24,000 nucleotides of DNA from Escherichia coli (GCF_029224125.1 NZ_CP098235.1), one strand, 5' to 3'; numbered from the stretch's first letter, positions 7,812 to 17,787 are shown. A program made the numbers and translations. Notes: a model not told the origin generated them from the letters alone.

Positions 7812-8599
7812 GTGGCCCACAATTGCTTTCCCTGCCTGGTTCTTTTTTAACGCCTCCGGCAACATTACCTGTTGCCATTGATTACCCGGCTGCGCTGGCA
7901 CTACGTCAGATGGCACTTGTGCAGGACGAATTACCAAAATATCTGTTGGCGCCGGAGATCAGCGCCCTGCTCCACTATGTACCGGATCTGCACCGCAAAA
8001 TGTTGCTGGCCACCCTGTGGAACACGGGCGCACGTATAAACGAAGCGCTGGCGCTGACGCGGGGAGATTTTTCTCTGGCGCCGCCATATCCGTTCGTACA
8101 GCTGGCCACGCTCAAACAACGGACTGAAAAAGCGACCAGAACGGCAGGCCGTGTCCCTGCTGGCAGTCAGGTGCATCGCCTGGTTCCCCTGTCCGATACA
8201 CAATACGTCAGCCAACTGCAGATGATGGTGGCCACGCTGAAAATCCCACTGGAGCGCAGAAACAAACGAACCGGAAGAATGGAGAAGGCGCGCATCTGGG
8301 GAATCACCGACCGCACAGTTCGCACCTGGCTGAATGAAGCTGTAGAGGCCGCTGCGGCCGACGGCGTGACGTTCTCTGTTCCGGTTACCCCACATACTTT
8401 CCGCCATTCCTACGCGATGCATATGCTGTATGCTGGTATTCCGCTGAAGGTGCTGCAGAGCCTGATGGGGCACAAGTCGATTAGTTCGACAGAGGTGTAC
8501 ACGAAGGTGTTTGCGCTGGATGTGGCTGCACGGCACCGGGTGCAGTTTTCGATTCCTGAGTCCGATGCTGTCACAATGCTGAAAAACAGACACGCATAA
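7808..8599 (+). CDS. resD: ResD-type tyrosine recombinase/resolvase of F plasmids
   Basis: 263 aa with tyrosine recombinase motifs (LWNTGARINEAL; [14 protein letters not shown]; LMGHKSISSTEVYTKV). Confidence 0.9.
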   Translation: MSGPQLLSLPGSFLTPPATLPVAIDYPAALALRQMALVQDELPKYLLAPEISALLHYVPDLHRKMLLATLWNTGARINEALALTRGDFSLAPPYPFVQLATLKQRTEKATRTAGRVPAGSQVHRLVPLSDTQYVSQLQMMVATLKIPLERRNKRTGRMEKARIWGITDRTVRTWLNEAVEAAAADGVTFSVPVTPHTFRHSYAMHMLYAGIPLKVLQSLMGHKSISSTEVYTKVFALDVAARHRVQFSIPESDAVTMLKNRHA

Positions 8600-8615
8600 G
8601 GGTAATGACTCCAAC

Positions 8616-9119
8616 TTATTGATAGTGTTTTATGTTCAGATAATGCCCGATGACTTTGTCATGCAGCTCCACCGATTTTGAAAACGACAGCGACTTCCGT
8701 CCCAGCCGTGCCAGGTGCTGCCTCAGATTCAGGTTATGCCGCTCAATTCGCTGCGTATATCGCTTGCTGATTACGTGCAGCTTTCCCTTCAGGCGGGATT
8801 CATACAGCGGCCAGCCATCCGTCATCCATATCACCACGTCAAAGGGTGACAGCAGGCTCATAAGACGCCCCAGCGTCGCCATAGTGCGTTCACCGAATAC
8901 GTGCGCAACAACCGTCTTCCGGAGCCTGTCATACGCGTAAAACAGCCAGCGCTGGCGCGATTTAGCCCCGACGTATCCCCACTGTTCGTCCATTTCCGCG
9001 CAGACGATGACGTCACTGCCCGGCTGTATGCGCGAGGTTACCGACTGCGGCCTGAGTTTTTTAAATGGCGGAAAATCGTGTTGAGGCCAACGCCCATAAT
9101 GCGGGCGGTTGCCCGGCAT
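8616..9119 (-). CDS. insB: IS1 InsB (InsAB' C-terminal portion)
   Basis: 167 aa IS1 transposase sequence. Confidence 0.9.
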   Translation of the reverse strand: MPGNRPHYGRWPQHDFPPFKKLRPQSVTSRIQPGSDVIVCAEMDEQWGYVGAKSRQRWLFYAYDRLRKTVVAHVFGERTMATLGRLMSLLSPFDVVIWMTDGWPLYESRLKGKLHVISKRYTQRIERHNLNLRQHLARLGRKSLSFSKSVELHDKVIGHYLNIKHYQ

Positions 9120-9313
9120 CCAACGCCATTCATGGCCATATCAATGATTTTCTGGTGCGTACCGGGTTGAGAAGCGGTGTAAGTGAACTGCAGTTGCCAT
9201 GTTTTACGGCAATGAGAGCAGAGATAGCGCTGATGTCCGGCGGTGCTTTTGCCGTTACGCACCACTCCGTCAGTAGCTGAACAGGAGGGACAGCTGATAG
9301 AAACAGAAGCCAC
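9038..9313 (-). CDS. insA: IS1 InsA
   Basis: 91 aa [43 protein letters not shown]... Confidence 0.9.
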   Translation of the reverse strand: MASVSISCPSCSATDGVVRNGKSTAGHQRYLCSHCRKTWQLQFTYTASQPGTHQKIIDMAMNGVGCRATARIMGVGLNTIFRHLKNSGRSR

Positions 9314-9345
9314 TGGAGCACCTCAAAAACACCATCATACACTAA

Positions 9346-9646
<301 letters not shown>

Positions 9647-9785
9647 CACGTTCAATGTCGTTGATGACTTTAACTATGAGGCGTTGTCGATTGAAAACAA
9701 TCTGAATCTGCCAGCTTCACAAGTGGTAGCGGTACTCTGTAGGTGAACCGCCCCGGGTTTCCTGGAGAGTGTTTTATCTGTGAAC

Positions 9786-10676
9786 TCAGGCTGCCAGATC
9801 ATCGTTTCCGATGGAAGCATAATAAGCTTTTTCTGCTTCTGCCGGAGGAGTATGGCCCAGCCTTTCCAGCAATCGTCGATTGTTATACCAGTCCACCCAC
9901 GTGAGTGTGGCCAGTTCCACTTCTGCACGGTTTTTCCAGCTCTTACGGTGTATTACCTCCGCTTTGTAAAGGCCATTGATGCTCTCCGCCATCGCGTTGT
10001 CATACGAGTCGCCTGTACTTCCTGTTGATGCCAGTAATCCGGCTTCCTTAAGCCGCTGTGTGTAGGCCAGCGATACATACTGAGAACCTTTATCACTGTG
10101 ATGGACTGTGCCGGACGGTCGACGGGCCCATAACGCCTGCTCCAGAGCATCCAGCACAAATGTCGTTTCCATAGACGATGAGACCCGCCACCCCACGATG
10201 TATCCGGCAAACACATCAATGATGAACGCCACATAGACGACCCCCTGCCATGTGCTGACGTAAGTAGAATCAGCCACCCACAACTGGTCAGGACGTTCTG
10301 CCACGAACTGACGGTTTACGCGGTCGCCTGCGACAACGGCTTTCCGGCTGATGGTCGTACGGACCTTTTTACCACGGAGAACACCGGCAAGTCCCATAAC
10401 CGCCATGAGACGTGCCACAGTGCATCTGGCCACTCTGATACCTTCCCGTAACAACTGACGCCAGACTTTACGCACACCGTATACCTTGTGATTTTCATCG
10501 TATACGCGCTGTATCTCTTTCTTCAGCCAGTCATCGCGCTGCGCACGGGCACTGCGTTTATCCGGATGATGTCGCTGTTGCTGACAGTGGTAATACGTTG
10601 ACGGGGCAATATGCAGTTCGCTGCATAGCGGTCCGACCCCGTACTGCTCACGCAGCTTATCCAGCAGTGGCATCAT
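9786..10676 (-). CDS. IS629/IS3411-type OrfB transposase
   Basis: 296 aa with DDE motifs (LWVADSTYV..., [11 protein letters not shown]..., [21 protein letters not shown]). Confidence 0.92.
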   Translation of the reverse strand: MMPLLDKLREQYGVGPLCSELHIAPSTYYHCQQQRHHPDKRSARAQRDDWLKKEIQRVYDENHKVYGVRKVWRQLLREGIRVARCTVARLMAVMGLAGVLRGKKVRTTISRKAVVAGDRVNRQFVAERPDQLWVADSTYVSTWQGVVYVAFIIDVFAGYIVGWRVSSSMETTFVLDALEQALWARRPSGTVHHSDKGSQYVSLAYTQRLKEAGLLASTGSTGDSYDNAMAESINGLYKAEVIHRKSWKNRAEVELATLTWVDWYNNRRLLERLGHTPPAEAEKAYYASIGNDDLAA

Positions 10677-10999
10677 TTTTTCCAGAGGCGGTCGAACTCC
10701 GCCTTCGCAAAATAAGCGGAAGCCTGGCGAAGGATATCGTTACTGCGGCGCAGTTCACGATTTTCACGTTCCAGCTCTTTCAGACGCTGACGTTCAGCGG
10801 TGGTGAGCCCGCCATCACCGCCTCCGGTATCCCGCTCATGCTGGCGTACCCAGACACGCAGAGTCTCCGGTGTACAGCCAATCTTTGGGGCAATGGAACA
10901 AATTGCCGCCCACTGTGAGTCATATTCGCCCTGACTTTCCAGAACCATACGAATCGCCCTCTGACGGACTTCGGGGGAAAAACGAGTATTTTTAGTCAT
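10673..10999 (-). CDS. IS629/IS3411-type OrfA
   Basis: 108 aa [53 protein letters not shown]...; overlaps orfB by 4 nt. Confidence 0.92.
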   Translation of the reverse strand: MTKNTRFSPEVRQRAIRMVLESQGEYDSQWAAICSIAPKIGCTPETLRVWVRQHERDTGGGDGGLTTAERQRLKELERENRELRRSNDILRQASAYFAKAEFDRLWKK

Positions 11000-11490
11000 C
11001 CTGTTTACCTCTTTCTCAGGGAGTTTAGTCTCCAGGATTCCCGGGGCGGTTCAAGGATTGCGGAAAACCATGTCTATCCAGCTATGATTCGCATAGATTA
11101 TGGCCAGGATTTTTTTTATCCAACACGGACGTAATGCGCAGAAAAACATGTAGTAAAACTGGAGATTACCCAATCAGGTAAGTTGGCGCAGAACGCTTTT
11201 ATCGAGAGTTTTAACCGGACATACCGAACAAAAATACTCGGTTTTTGTCTGTTCAGAACGCTGGATGAAAAGCGGGAACTGGCGGCAAACTGGTTGTCAG
11301 AATATAACAGTGAACGCCATATCAACTACTTAACCATATGACACTGGAAGAACATCACTAACGCCATTATTTGGTCACGATCTCAAAAGGTGCATGGAAC
11401 TAAAACGAGTCTGTTTACAACGCAAGATGGGTTATGTTATAAAGTAACATAAGTGAGTTGGTAAGCATAAAGTAAAGAGGATAACTTATA

Positions 11491-11754
11491 GTGCTCCCCT
11501 TATTTAAAGCATTTTGTTTTTTTTGTATTCTATTGTTAGGCTCAGTATTAATTCGGGGTAATAATAATCTTATTTCACCAGTGGTTAGACAAGAATTTTT
11601 TTTATCGAAAAAAACAACCCCATCCTTTTATCAGAAAATTGATGCGTGCTTTAGCAACGTTAATCTTGACTTTACATACAAGTCTGTTGATTACTCAGCA
11701 TCTACCATTTTGCAATACATTAGAAGATTAATAAGAAAGCTTTACATTAAATAA
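11491..11754 (+). CDS. Hypothetical small protein with signal-like N-terminus, 87 aa
   Basis: GTG start with upstream AGAGGATAA; N-terminal MLPLFKAFCFFCILLLGSVLIRG is signal/TM-like. Confidence 0.35.
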   Translation: MLPLFKAFCFFCILLLGSVLIRGNNNLISPVVRQEFFLSKKTTPSFYQKIDACFSNVNLDFTYKSVDYSASTILQYIRRLIRKLYIK

Positions 11755-12120
11755 AAGAGATGCAATTATCAATAAAATAAGAATATCTCGTTAAGAAATA
11801 TAGCAATATATATGATATTTCAGGAAATAAGTAATCATACATCTATTGATTTATAAAGTATTATTGGAAGGAAGTGTTACATGAACGATTTACGCACTCC
11901 CCTCCATTACACTAATAAACACCACCGACTTGGTATTTATAAATTTTCTAATAAAAGCATCATTTTCACTGAAACAAAATAAATATCAATCACTAAGATA
12001 ATTAACTTATCTGAACAAGTAATCACACTCATATGTTATTAGTTTTCTTATTAATCAGAAAGGAGGGATTTATAAACCAGCAACTTTTTTTGTAGGTGGA
12101 GCCACGGTTGATTTCTGATA

Positions 12121-12510
12121 TCAACCACCTGAGTTTATTTTCGTCGAATGGTAATGTCTTGTCGCACAAACGCTATCTGAATAATTAACTGTAATGGCGT
12201 TATTGGTATATTTGCCGACATTAACGCTAATAAAGACCCTGATTGCTTCATAATCGCAGGATTTGGCCATTTTGTCTCCCTTTAGATAAGAGTTAACAAA
12301 ATAACCCCAGGAAGAAGGTACCGGTTTCCACGTTACAGACGTTCCCGGCATAAAGTGTCCGACCAGGGCCTTATTCGCAGTTACCAGCGCCCTGTATGCC
12401 CTGATATTTTCTGGAACATGGATGACCGGGGCAGTAATCATACCGGGTTTGACTGACTCCCCTGATATTCTGACATAAAAGGGAATAAATAAAGCGACAT
12501 GTGGCCACAT
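12121..12510 (-). CDS. Hypothetical protein divergent from ompT (ATG start; the track's TTG start at 12519 is less likely)
   Basis: Open frame MWPHVALFIPFYVRISGESVKPGMITAPVIHVPENIRAYRALVTANKALVGHFMPGTSVTWKPVPSSWGYFVNSYLKG... Confidence 0.5.
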   Translation of the reverse strand: MWPHVALFIPFYVRISGESVKPGMITAPVIHVPENIRAYRALVTANKALVGHFMPGTSVTWKPVPSSWGYFVNSYLKGDKMAKSCDYEAIRVFISVNVGKYTNNAITVNYSDSVCATRHYHSTKINSGG

Positions 12511-12512
12511 TG

Positions 12513-12529
12513 TAAACAAACGTTAAACA
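12513..12529 (-). promoter_or_regulatory. Candidate PhoP box (minus-strand TGTTTA-ACGTT-TGTTTA)
   Basis: Plus strand reads TAAACA-AACGT-TAAACA; exact (T/G)GTTTA-N5-(T/G)GTTTA on the minus strand. Confidence 0.55.
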
Positions 12530-12613
12530 AAACAGCATTTTTCAGTTGACTACTACGAGTAAATAAAAAAATATTTATCAAAAACAAACGAGTGGAATGG
12601 AGTTAACTTGTCT

Positions 12614-13567
12614 ATGTACTTAAAGATTCTTGCTACTGCACTCTCAGCTCCTGTAGCGTTTGCTGCACTGGCTTCTGATACTGGGCTTTCTTTTACACCG
12701 GAGAAAATCAGTACGGAGATTGATTTTGGCACTTTAAGTGGCAAGGCCAAAGAACGGGTTTATCTGCCTGAAGAAAAAGGGCGCAAAGCCAGCCAGCTGG
12801 ACTGGAAATACAGTAATGCGCCAATTGTCAAGGGGGCATTTAACTGGGATCTGTTACCCAGAGTATCTGTCGGTGCCTCAGGGTGGACAACATTAGCTGG
12901 TCGTGGAGGCAATATGGTGGACAGGGACTGGCTGGATACGAGCAATCCCGGAACCTGGACTGATGAGAGTAAACATCCGAATACCCGTCTAAATTTTGCT
13001 AATGAATTCGACCTGAATATTAAGGGATGGCTCCTGAATCAACCAGACTATCAGTTAGGTCTTATGGCTGGTTACCAGGAAAATCGTTATAGCTTTACAG
13101 CAAAAGGAGGCTCTTATATCTATAGTAGTGAGGGAGGCTTCCGGGATGAAACGGGATCATTTCCAGATGGTGAAAGAGCTATAGGCTACAAACAACACTT
13201 TAAAATGCCCTATATAGGGTTAACCGGTAATTATCGGTATGATAGCTTTGAGTTCGGGGGGAGTTTCAAATATAGCGGATGGGTGAAGGCATCGGATAAT
13301 GATGAGCATTACAACCCTGAGAAAAGGATCACCTATCGTAGCGATGTAAATAATCAGAACTATTACTCTGTCTCACTACATGCTGGTTATTATATTACAC
13401 CTGCAGCTAAAGTTTATGTCGAAGGAACATGGAACCGTATTACTAATAAGAAAGGTGATACTTCTCTGTACTCCAGAAATTTGAATATATCTGATCACAC
13501 CAAAAATGGTGCAGGCATTGAAAGCTATAACTTTATGACCACAGCTGGTCTGAAGTATTATTTTTAA
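12614..13567 (+). CDS. ompT: Plasmid-borne omptin outer membrane protease
   Basis: 317 aa from ATG 12614; signal peptide MYLKILATALSAPVAFAALA; omptin sequence SDTGLSFTPEKISTEIDFGTLSGKAKERVY... with terminal YF. Confidence 0.92.
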   Translation: MYLKILATALSAPVAFAALASDTGLSFTPEKISTEIDFGTLSGKAKERVYLPEEKGRKASQLDWKYSNAPIVKGAFNWDLLPRVSVGASGWTTLAGRGGNMVDRDWLDTSNPGTWTDESKHPNTRLNFANEFDLNIKGWLLNQPDYQLGLMAGYQENRYSFTAKGGSYIYSSEGGFRDETGSFPDGERAIGYKQHFKMPYIGLTGNYRYDSFEFGGSFKYSGWVKASDNDEHYNPEKRITYRSDVNNQNYYSVSLHAGYYITPAAKVYVEGTWNRITNKKGDTSLYSRNLNISDHTKNGAGIESYNFMTTAGLKYYF

Positions 13568-13617
13568 CCTGAAGCATGCCTGTTTTTAACTTTTTCATGA
13601 CACTTTAAATATGATAA

Positions 13618-13656
13618 ACAAAAGGCCAGCACTTCTGATGGTGGTCTTTTGATTTT
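13618..13656 (+). terminator. Candidate terminator after ompT
   Basis: AAAAGGCCA...TGGTCTTTT imperfect stem followed by TGATTTTTTAT. Confidence 0.5.
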
Positions 13657-13932
13657 TTATAATATGTGGAGGGTATATGTGCTCAACGATAAAAGTGTTT
13701 CTGTTAACTCTTGTATTTTTAAAGATGCTGCCCTGCCACTCTTCATGCATAACGACACAGTGTTATCGACATAAAAATAATTGATAAGCGATGTTAACAA
13801 TATGAACTTTATTATAATTCTATTACTCGTCAATAATAAGAAGACCATCCAATAAAAACACACGCAATAACCTGAAGGATTCTGCCGTATAAAAATAAAC
13901 ATTGTTTTTACATTTAATCTCTCTTGATTTTG

Positions 13933-13949
13933 TTTAATCATTGTTTATG
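13933..13949 (+). promoter_or_regulatory. Candidate PhoP box upstream of hlyF
   Basis: TGTTTA-ATCAT-TGTTTA, exact (T/G)GTTTA-N5-(T/G)GTTTA, with -10-like TATAAT at 13968-13973. Confidence 0.55.
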
Positions 13950-13999
13950 TAAGATAATTTATTTTTATAATGATCACATGAAAACAAAAGAGGTTAGAT

Positions 14000-15109
14000 A
14001 TGAAATTATTATTACTTACAGGTGCAACAGGATTTCTTGGTGGCGCGGTCCTGGATAAGCTGCTGGATAACTGTAATAATATAAATTTGCTACTTTTAGT
14101 ACGAGCACCTACTCCACAAGCGGGACTGGAAAGAATTAAAGAAAATATGCGTAAATTTAATGTTTGTGAGGAAAGGTTGCATGCATTAACTAATGATAAC
14201 ATCTTGCCTGGGGATCTAAATAATCCGGAAGCCTTTCTCATGGATCCTCGTCTTGATGAAGTCACTCATGTTATAAACTGTGCGGCTATAGCTTCTTTTG
14301 GTAATAATCCTTTTATATGGAATGTGAATGTTACAGGTACACTTGCTTTTGCAAGAAGAATGGCAAAAGTGGCAGGACTGAAACGCTTCCTTCATGTTGG
14401 TACTGCTATGTCTTGTACACCTCATACGGGGTCGCTAGTTAAGGAAGAGTCTGCTTCATCAGAAACAGGTGAACATTTAGTGGAGTATACGCATTCAAAA
14501 GCAACAATAGAATATCTGATGCGTAAGCAGTGTCCTGATTTACCTTTGTTGGTTGCCCGACCATCAATTATTGTTGGCCACAGTCGTTTAGGGTGCTTAC
14601 CTTCAACCAGTATTTTCTGGGTATTCAGAATGGGGTTAATGTTGCAAAAATTTATGTGCTCTCTGGATGATAAAATAGATGTTATCCCTGTAGATTATTG
14701 TGCTGATGCATTGCTAATGTTGCTTGAAAGCTCGTTAATTAATGGTGAGATTGTTCATATATCAGCAGGTAAAGAAAGTAGTGTGACGTTCTCTGCTATT
14801 GACGAAGCTGTAGCCCGTGCTTTGAACTGTGATCCTGTTGGAGACAGATATACTAAAGTCAGTTATGACATACTGGCAATGAGCCGTCATGATTTTAAAA
14901 ATATTTTTGGTCCCTGTAACGAACGCCTTATGTTAAAAGCCATTCGTTTATATGGAGCGTTCAGTATGCTCAATGTTTGTTTCAGTAACGACAAGCTACT
15001 GAGTATCGGAATGCCTAAACCGCCAAAGTTTACTGATTATATTAAATACTGTATAGAAACGACAAAACACCTTTCAATTCAACAACAAATGGAAGTTGAT
15101 TTTAAATAA
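14000..15109 (+). CDS. hlyF: HlyF, NAD(P)-dependent SDR/thioester-reductase-like protein linked to outer membrane vesicle formation
   Basis: 369 aa with Rossmann motif LLLTGATGFLGGAVLDKLL and YTHSKATIEYLM active-site-like segment; sequence recognised as HlyF. Confidence 0.93.
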   Translation: MKLLLLTGATGFLGGAVLDKLLDNCNNINLLLLVRAPTPQAGLERIKENMRKFNVCEERLHALTNDNILPGDLNNPEAFLMDPRLDEVTHVINCAAIASFGNNPFIWNVNVTGTLAFARRMAKVAGLKRFLHVGTAMSCTPHTGSLVKEESASSETGEHLVEYTHSKATIEYLMRKQCPDLPLLVARPSIIVGHSRLGCLPSTSIFWVFRMGLMLQKFMCSLDDKIDVIPVDYCADALLMLLESSLINGEIVHISAGKESSVTFSAIDEAVARALNCDPVGDRYTKVSYDILAMSRHDFKNIFGPCNERLMLKAIRLYGAFSMLNVCFSNDKLLSIGMPKPPKFTDYIKYCIETTKHLSIQQQMEVDFK

Positions 15110-15171
15110 TATTTATCATAATCAGAATTATTGTTGGTGTTGCACTCATAATATATAAAAACGCCGAGGAT

Positions 15172-16080
15172 ATGACTTTGTCAATTAAAAATATAAAGCG
15201 CATTATTACGGCCTGGAAACCATCTACATTCGAAACGTACAAAAAAACTTTTGAAAAATACGGTGGTAGTGTAAACATGCATCCGGATGTTGTTTCATAC
15301 TTTATGATACATCATGACTGGAAGTTTGATTTTTTTCACTATGAAAAAGATGGTGATATCAAAGGCTCATATTTTCTGTGCAATGGAAAACAAATTGGGA
15401 TAATGGCAAGAAGGTCTTATCCTCTTTCATCTGATGAGGTATTAATTCCTTTTTCCCCACATGCAAGATGTTTTTTTCCGGATAAAACTAATAAATTATC
15501 AATTATAAATAAACAAAATATTATCAATGCAACATGGAAAATAGCCAGAAAAAAACAAAATTGTATTATAAAGGAATCTTTTTCACCTAAATTTGAAAAA
15601 ACTCGCCGAAATGAAATCCAGAGATTTATCAGGAATGGCGGAGAGATTAAGTGTATAAGCCAGTTATCCGATAAAGAAATATCCAGCTCTTATATATCAC
15701 TTTTTCATTCCCGGTTTGGAGGTACCCTACCTTGCTACGAATATGATAATCTGTTAATGTTTATTTCTCACTTACGAGAACTTATGTTTGGCCATGTGCT
15801 ATTCTGGGATAATAAACCGTGTGCTATTGATATAGTACTGAAATCTGAAAGCTCATGTAATGTTTATTATGACGTTCCAAATGGTGCAGTTCTGAATGAT
15901 GAGAATTGCATGAAACTAAGTCCGGGAAGTGTCCTTATGTGGCTGAATATAGATAAAGCGCGAAGGTATTGTCAGGATAATAATAAAAAGATGATATATT
16001 CTATCGGTGCATTCAGACCTGAATGGAAATATAAACTACTATGGTCTGTTCCCTGTAAGGTTGGTAAATGCTTATGTTAG
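15172..16080 (+). CDS. Mig-14-like protein (antimicrobial peptide resistance family, GNAT-like)
   Basis: 302 aa MTLSIKNIKRIITAWKPSTFETYKKTFEKYGGSVNMHPDVVSYFM...; immediately downstream of hlyF as expected for ColV plasmids. Confidence 0.8.
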   Translation: MTLSIKNIKRIITAWKPSTFETYKKTFEKYGGSVNMHPDVVSYFMIHHDWKFDFFHYEKDGDIKGSYFLCNGKQIGIMARRSYPLSSDEVLIPFSPHARCFFPDKTNKLSIINKQNIINATWKIARKKQNCIIKESFSPKFEKTRRNEIQRFIRNGGEIKCISQLSDKEISSSYISLFHSRFGGTLPCYEYDNLLMFISHLRELMFGHVLFWDNKPCAIDIVLKSESSCNVYYDVPNGAVLNDENCMKLSPGSVLMWLNIDKARRYCQDNNKKMIYSIGAFRPEWKYKLLWSVPCKVGKCLC

Positions 16081-16127
16081 AATATGTATAAAGGTAAGTA
16101 ACTATATAAGAGCGTCCAGTCTGCAAA

Positions 16128-16151
16128 TACTCCTCTAAACATGGAGGAGTA
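16128..16151. other. Hairpin/inverted repeat downstream of the mig-14-like gene
   Basis: TACTCCTC-TAAACATG-GAGGAGTA, perfect 8-bp arms with 8-nt spacer. Confidence 0.5.
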
Positions 16152-16762
16152 GATTTATAATATCATAACATTTACTAAATCGTTTTACATTAATTTCAAA
16201 TTTGAAATTAATGTATTTTGATAACTATATATTTTTGATTCCGAAAACAGACATTTCTTTCTTTGAGTCAGGGCTTACACTCAAAATATTAATATTGTTT
16301 GTGTGAAGACATATTATTCAATAACGATGGTGAGAAATATCTGTACTTTTTCGCATAATCTAACCATTTACTTAATTGTTCATTCTGTGAACAGAATCTG
16401 TTTGTTATGTATCAGGTTGATGATGTGATTAAGCAGTCTGAAACCAGAGGAATATGGAGTCAGAAATTTTCAGTTGTCTTTTAAGGGCGTCTGCAGGATT
16501 TTTTCTCCGTTTCTGCCTGTCCTGGCATTACCCCAATTCTCCCAAAAACGGCAAACCAGTCCTCAGCCCGCACCATGACTGGCTTAAAACAGGATCCCTG
16601 CGGCAAAACGCGCCTTTACGTATTTGGTTTTACCCGCAATAATGCGTGATAAGCAAACAAAAGGATCCGCGCGCTGCGATTTATTGTCGTGGAAGGATCC
16701 GGGCGTTCAGGTCAGAATACCTGTATCCATAAACAGTGCGTGTGCTACGTGAAAAATAACTC

Positions 16763-17503
16763 ATGAACAATGTCATTCCCCTGCAGAATTCACCTGAACG
16801 CGTCTCCCTGTTACCCATTGCGCCGGGGGTGGATTTTGCAACAGCGCTCTCCCTGAGAAGAATGGCCACTTCCACGGGGGCCACACCGGCCTACCTGCTG
16901 GCCCCGGAAGTGAGTGCCCTTCTCTTCTATATGCCGGATCAGCGTCACCATATGCTGTTCGCCACCCTCTGGAATACCGGAATGCGTATTGGCGAAGCCC
17001 GGATGCTGACGCCGGAATCATTTGACCTGAATGGAGTAAGACCGTTTGTGCGGATCCTGTCCGAAAAAGTGCGTGCGCGACGCGGACGCCCGCCAAAAGA
17101 TGAAGTGCGCCTGGTTCCGCTGACAGATATAAGCTATGTCAGGCAGATGGAAAGCTGGATGATCACCACCCGGCCCCGTCGTCGTGAACCATTATGGGCC
17201 GTGACCGACGAAACCATGCGCAACTGGCTGAAGCAGGCTGTCAGACGGGCCGAAGCTGACGGAGTACACTTTTCGATTCCGGTCACACCACACACCTTCC
17301 GGCACAGCTATATCATGCACATGCTCTATCACCGCCAGCCCCGGAAAGTCATCCAGGCACTGGTTGGTCACAGGGATCCACGTTCGATGGAGGTTTATAC
17401 CAGAGTGTTTGCACTGGATATGGCTGCCACGCTGGCAGTGCCTTTCACAGGTGACGGGCGGGATGCTGCGGAGATCCTGCGTACACTGCCTCCCCTGAGG
17501 TGA
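16763..17503 (+). CDS. int: Tyrosine recombinase (Int) associated with RepFIB; paralog of ResD
   Basis: 246 aa with motifs [47 protein letters not shown]. Confidence 0.9.
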   Translation: MNNVIPLQNSPERVSLLPIAPGVDFATALSLRRMATSTGATPAYLLAPEVSALLFYMPDQRHHMLFATLWNTGMRIGEARMLTPESFDLNGVRPFVRILSEKVRARRGRPPKDEVRLVPLTDISYVRQMESWMITTRPRRREPLWAVTDETMRNWLKQAVRRAEADGVHFSIPVTPHTFRHSYIMHMLYHRQPRKVIQALVGHRDPRSMEVYTRVFALDMAATLAVPFTGDGRDAAEILRTLPPLR

Positions 17504-17523
17504 CGGCATACGCGCTTCCTTAT

Positions 17524-17785
17524 ATAAGCTGTGGTCAGCAGAACAGGCATAACATAAGCTGGAGCATGTATATAAGCTGTAGTGAGTAAGTCATGTTTTA
17601 TGAAGGGAGCAATGCCTCAGCATCAGGTTACGGGATCACTTACGTAAGGGACAGGCAGATGGCAGCTCAGCTACAGACAGCACTGCAGGAAACAGAATAT
17701 AAACTGCAGTGAGCAGACCACTCACTGCACCGGTTAATATAAGCTGTAGTCAGTAAAGGAGCGCTCTTCACTGACTACAGTTTAT
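17524..17785. repeat. RepFIB iterons downstream of repA (BCD-type)
   Basis: ATAAGCTGT at 17524, 17572 and 17739, near-match ATAAGCTGG at 17554, and inverted ACAGTTTAT at 17777. Confidence 0.75.
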
Positions 17786-17787
17786 GT

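Larger units (their letters stand above)
9744..11053 (-). mobile_element. IS629/IS3411-type IS3-family element, 1310 bp, intact ends
   Basis: Terminal inverted repeats TGAACCGCCCCGGGTTTCC / ...CCCGGGGCGGTTCA; 3-bp target duplication AGG (9741-9743 and 11054-11056). Confidence 0.92.
9652..11340 (+). mobile_element. Second IS3-family transposase remnant, interrupted by IS629/IS3411
   Basis: FNVVDDFNYEALSIENNLNLPASQVVAVLC (ends at 9743) continues after the insertion as RIAENHVYPAMIRIDYGQDFFYPTRT, then KLAQNAFIESFNRTYRTKILGFCLFRTLDEKRELAANWLSEYNSERHINYL. Confidence 0.75.

Noticed and set aside
7931-8614. 227-aa minus-strand ORF opposite resD
   Set aside because: Antisense to a recognised tyrosine recombinase; shadow ORF.
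13657-14265. Minus-strand ORFs 13657..13941 and 13945..14265
   Set aside because: AT-rich hydrophobic composition and overlap with the hlyF promoter and coding region; no family resemblance.
16592-16700. Three GGATCC sites with A-rich flanks within about 110 bp upstream of int
   Set aside because: Spacing is irregular and flanks share only a few bases; not convincing as a functional repeat family.
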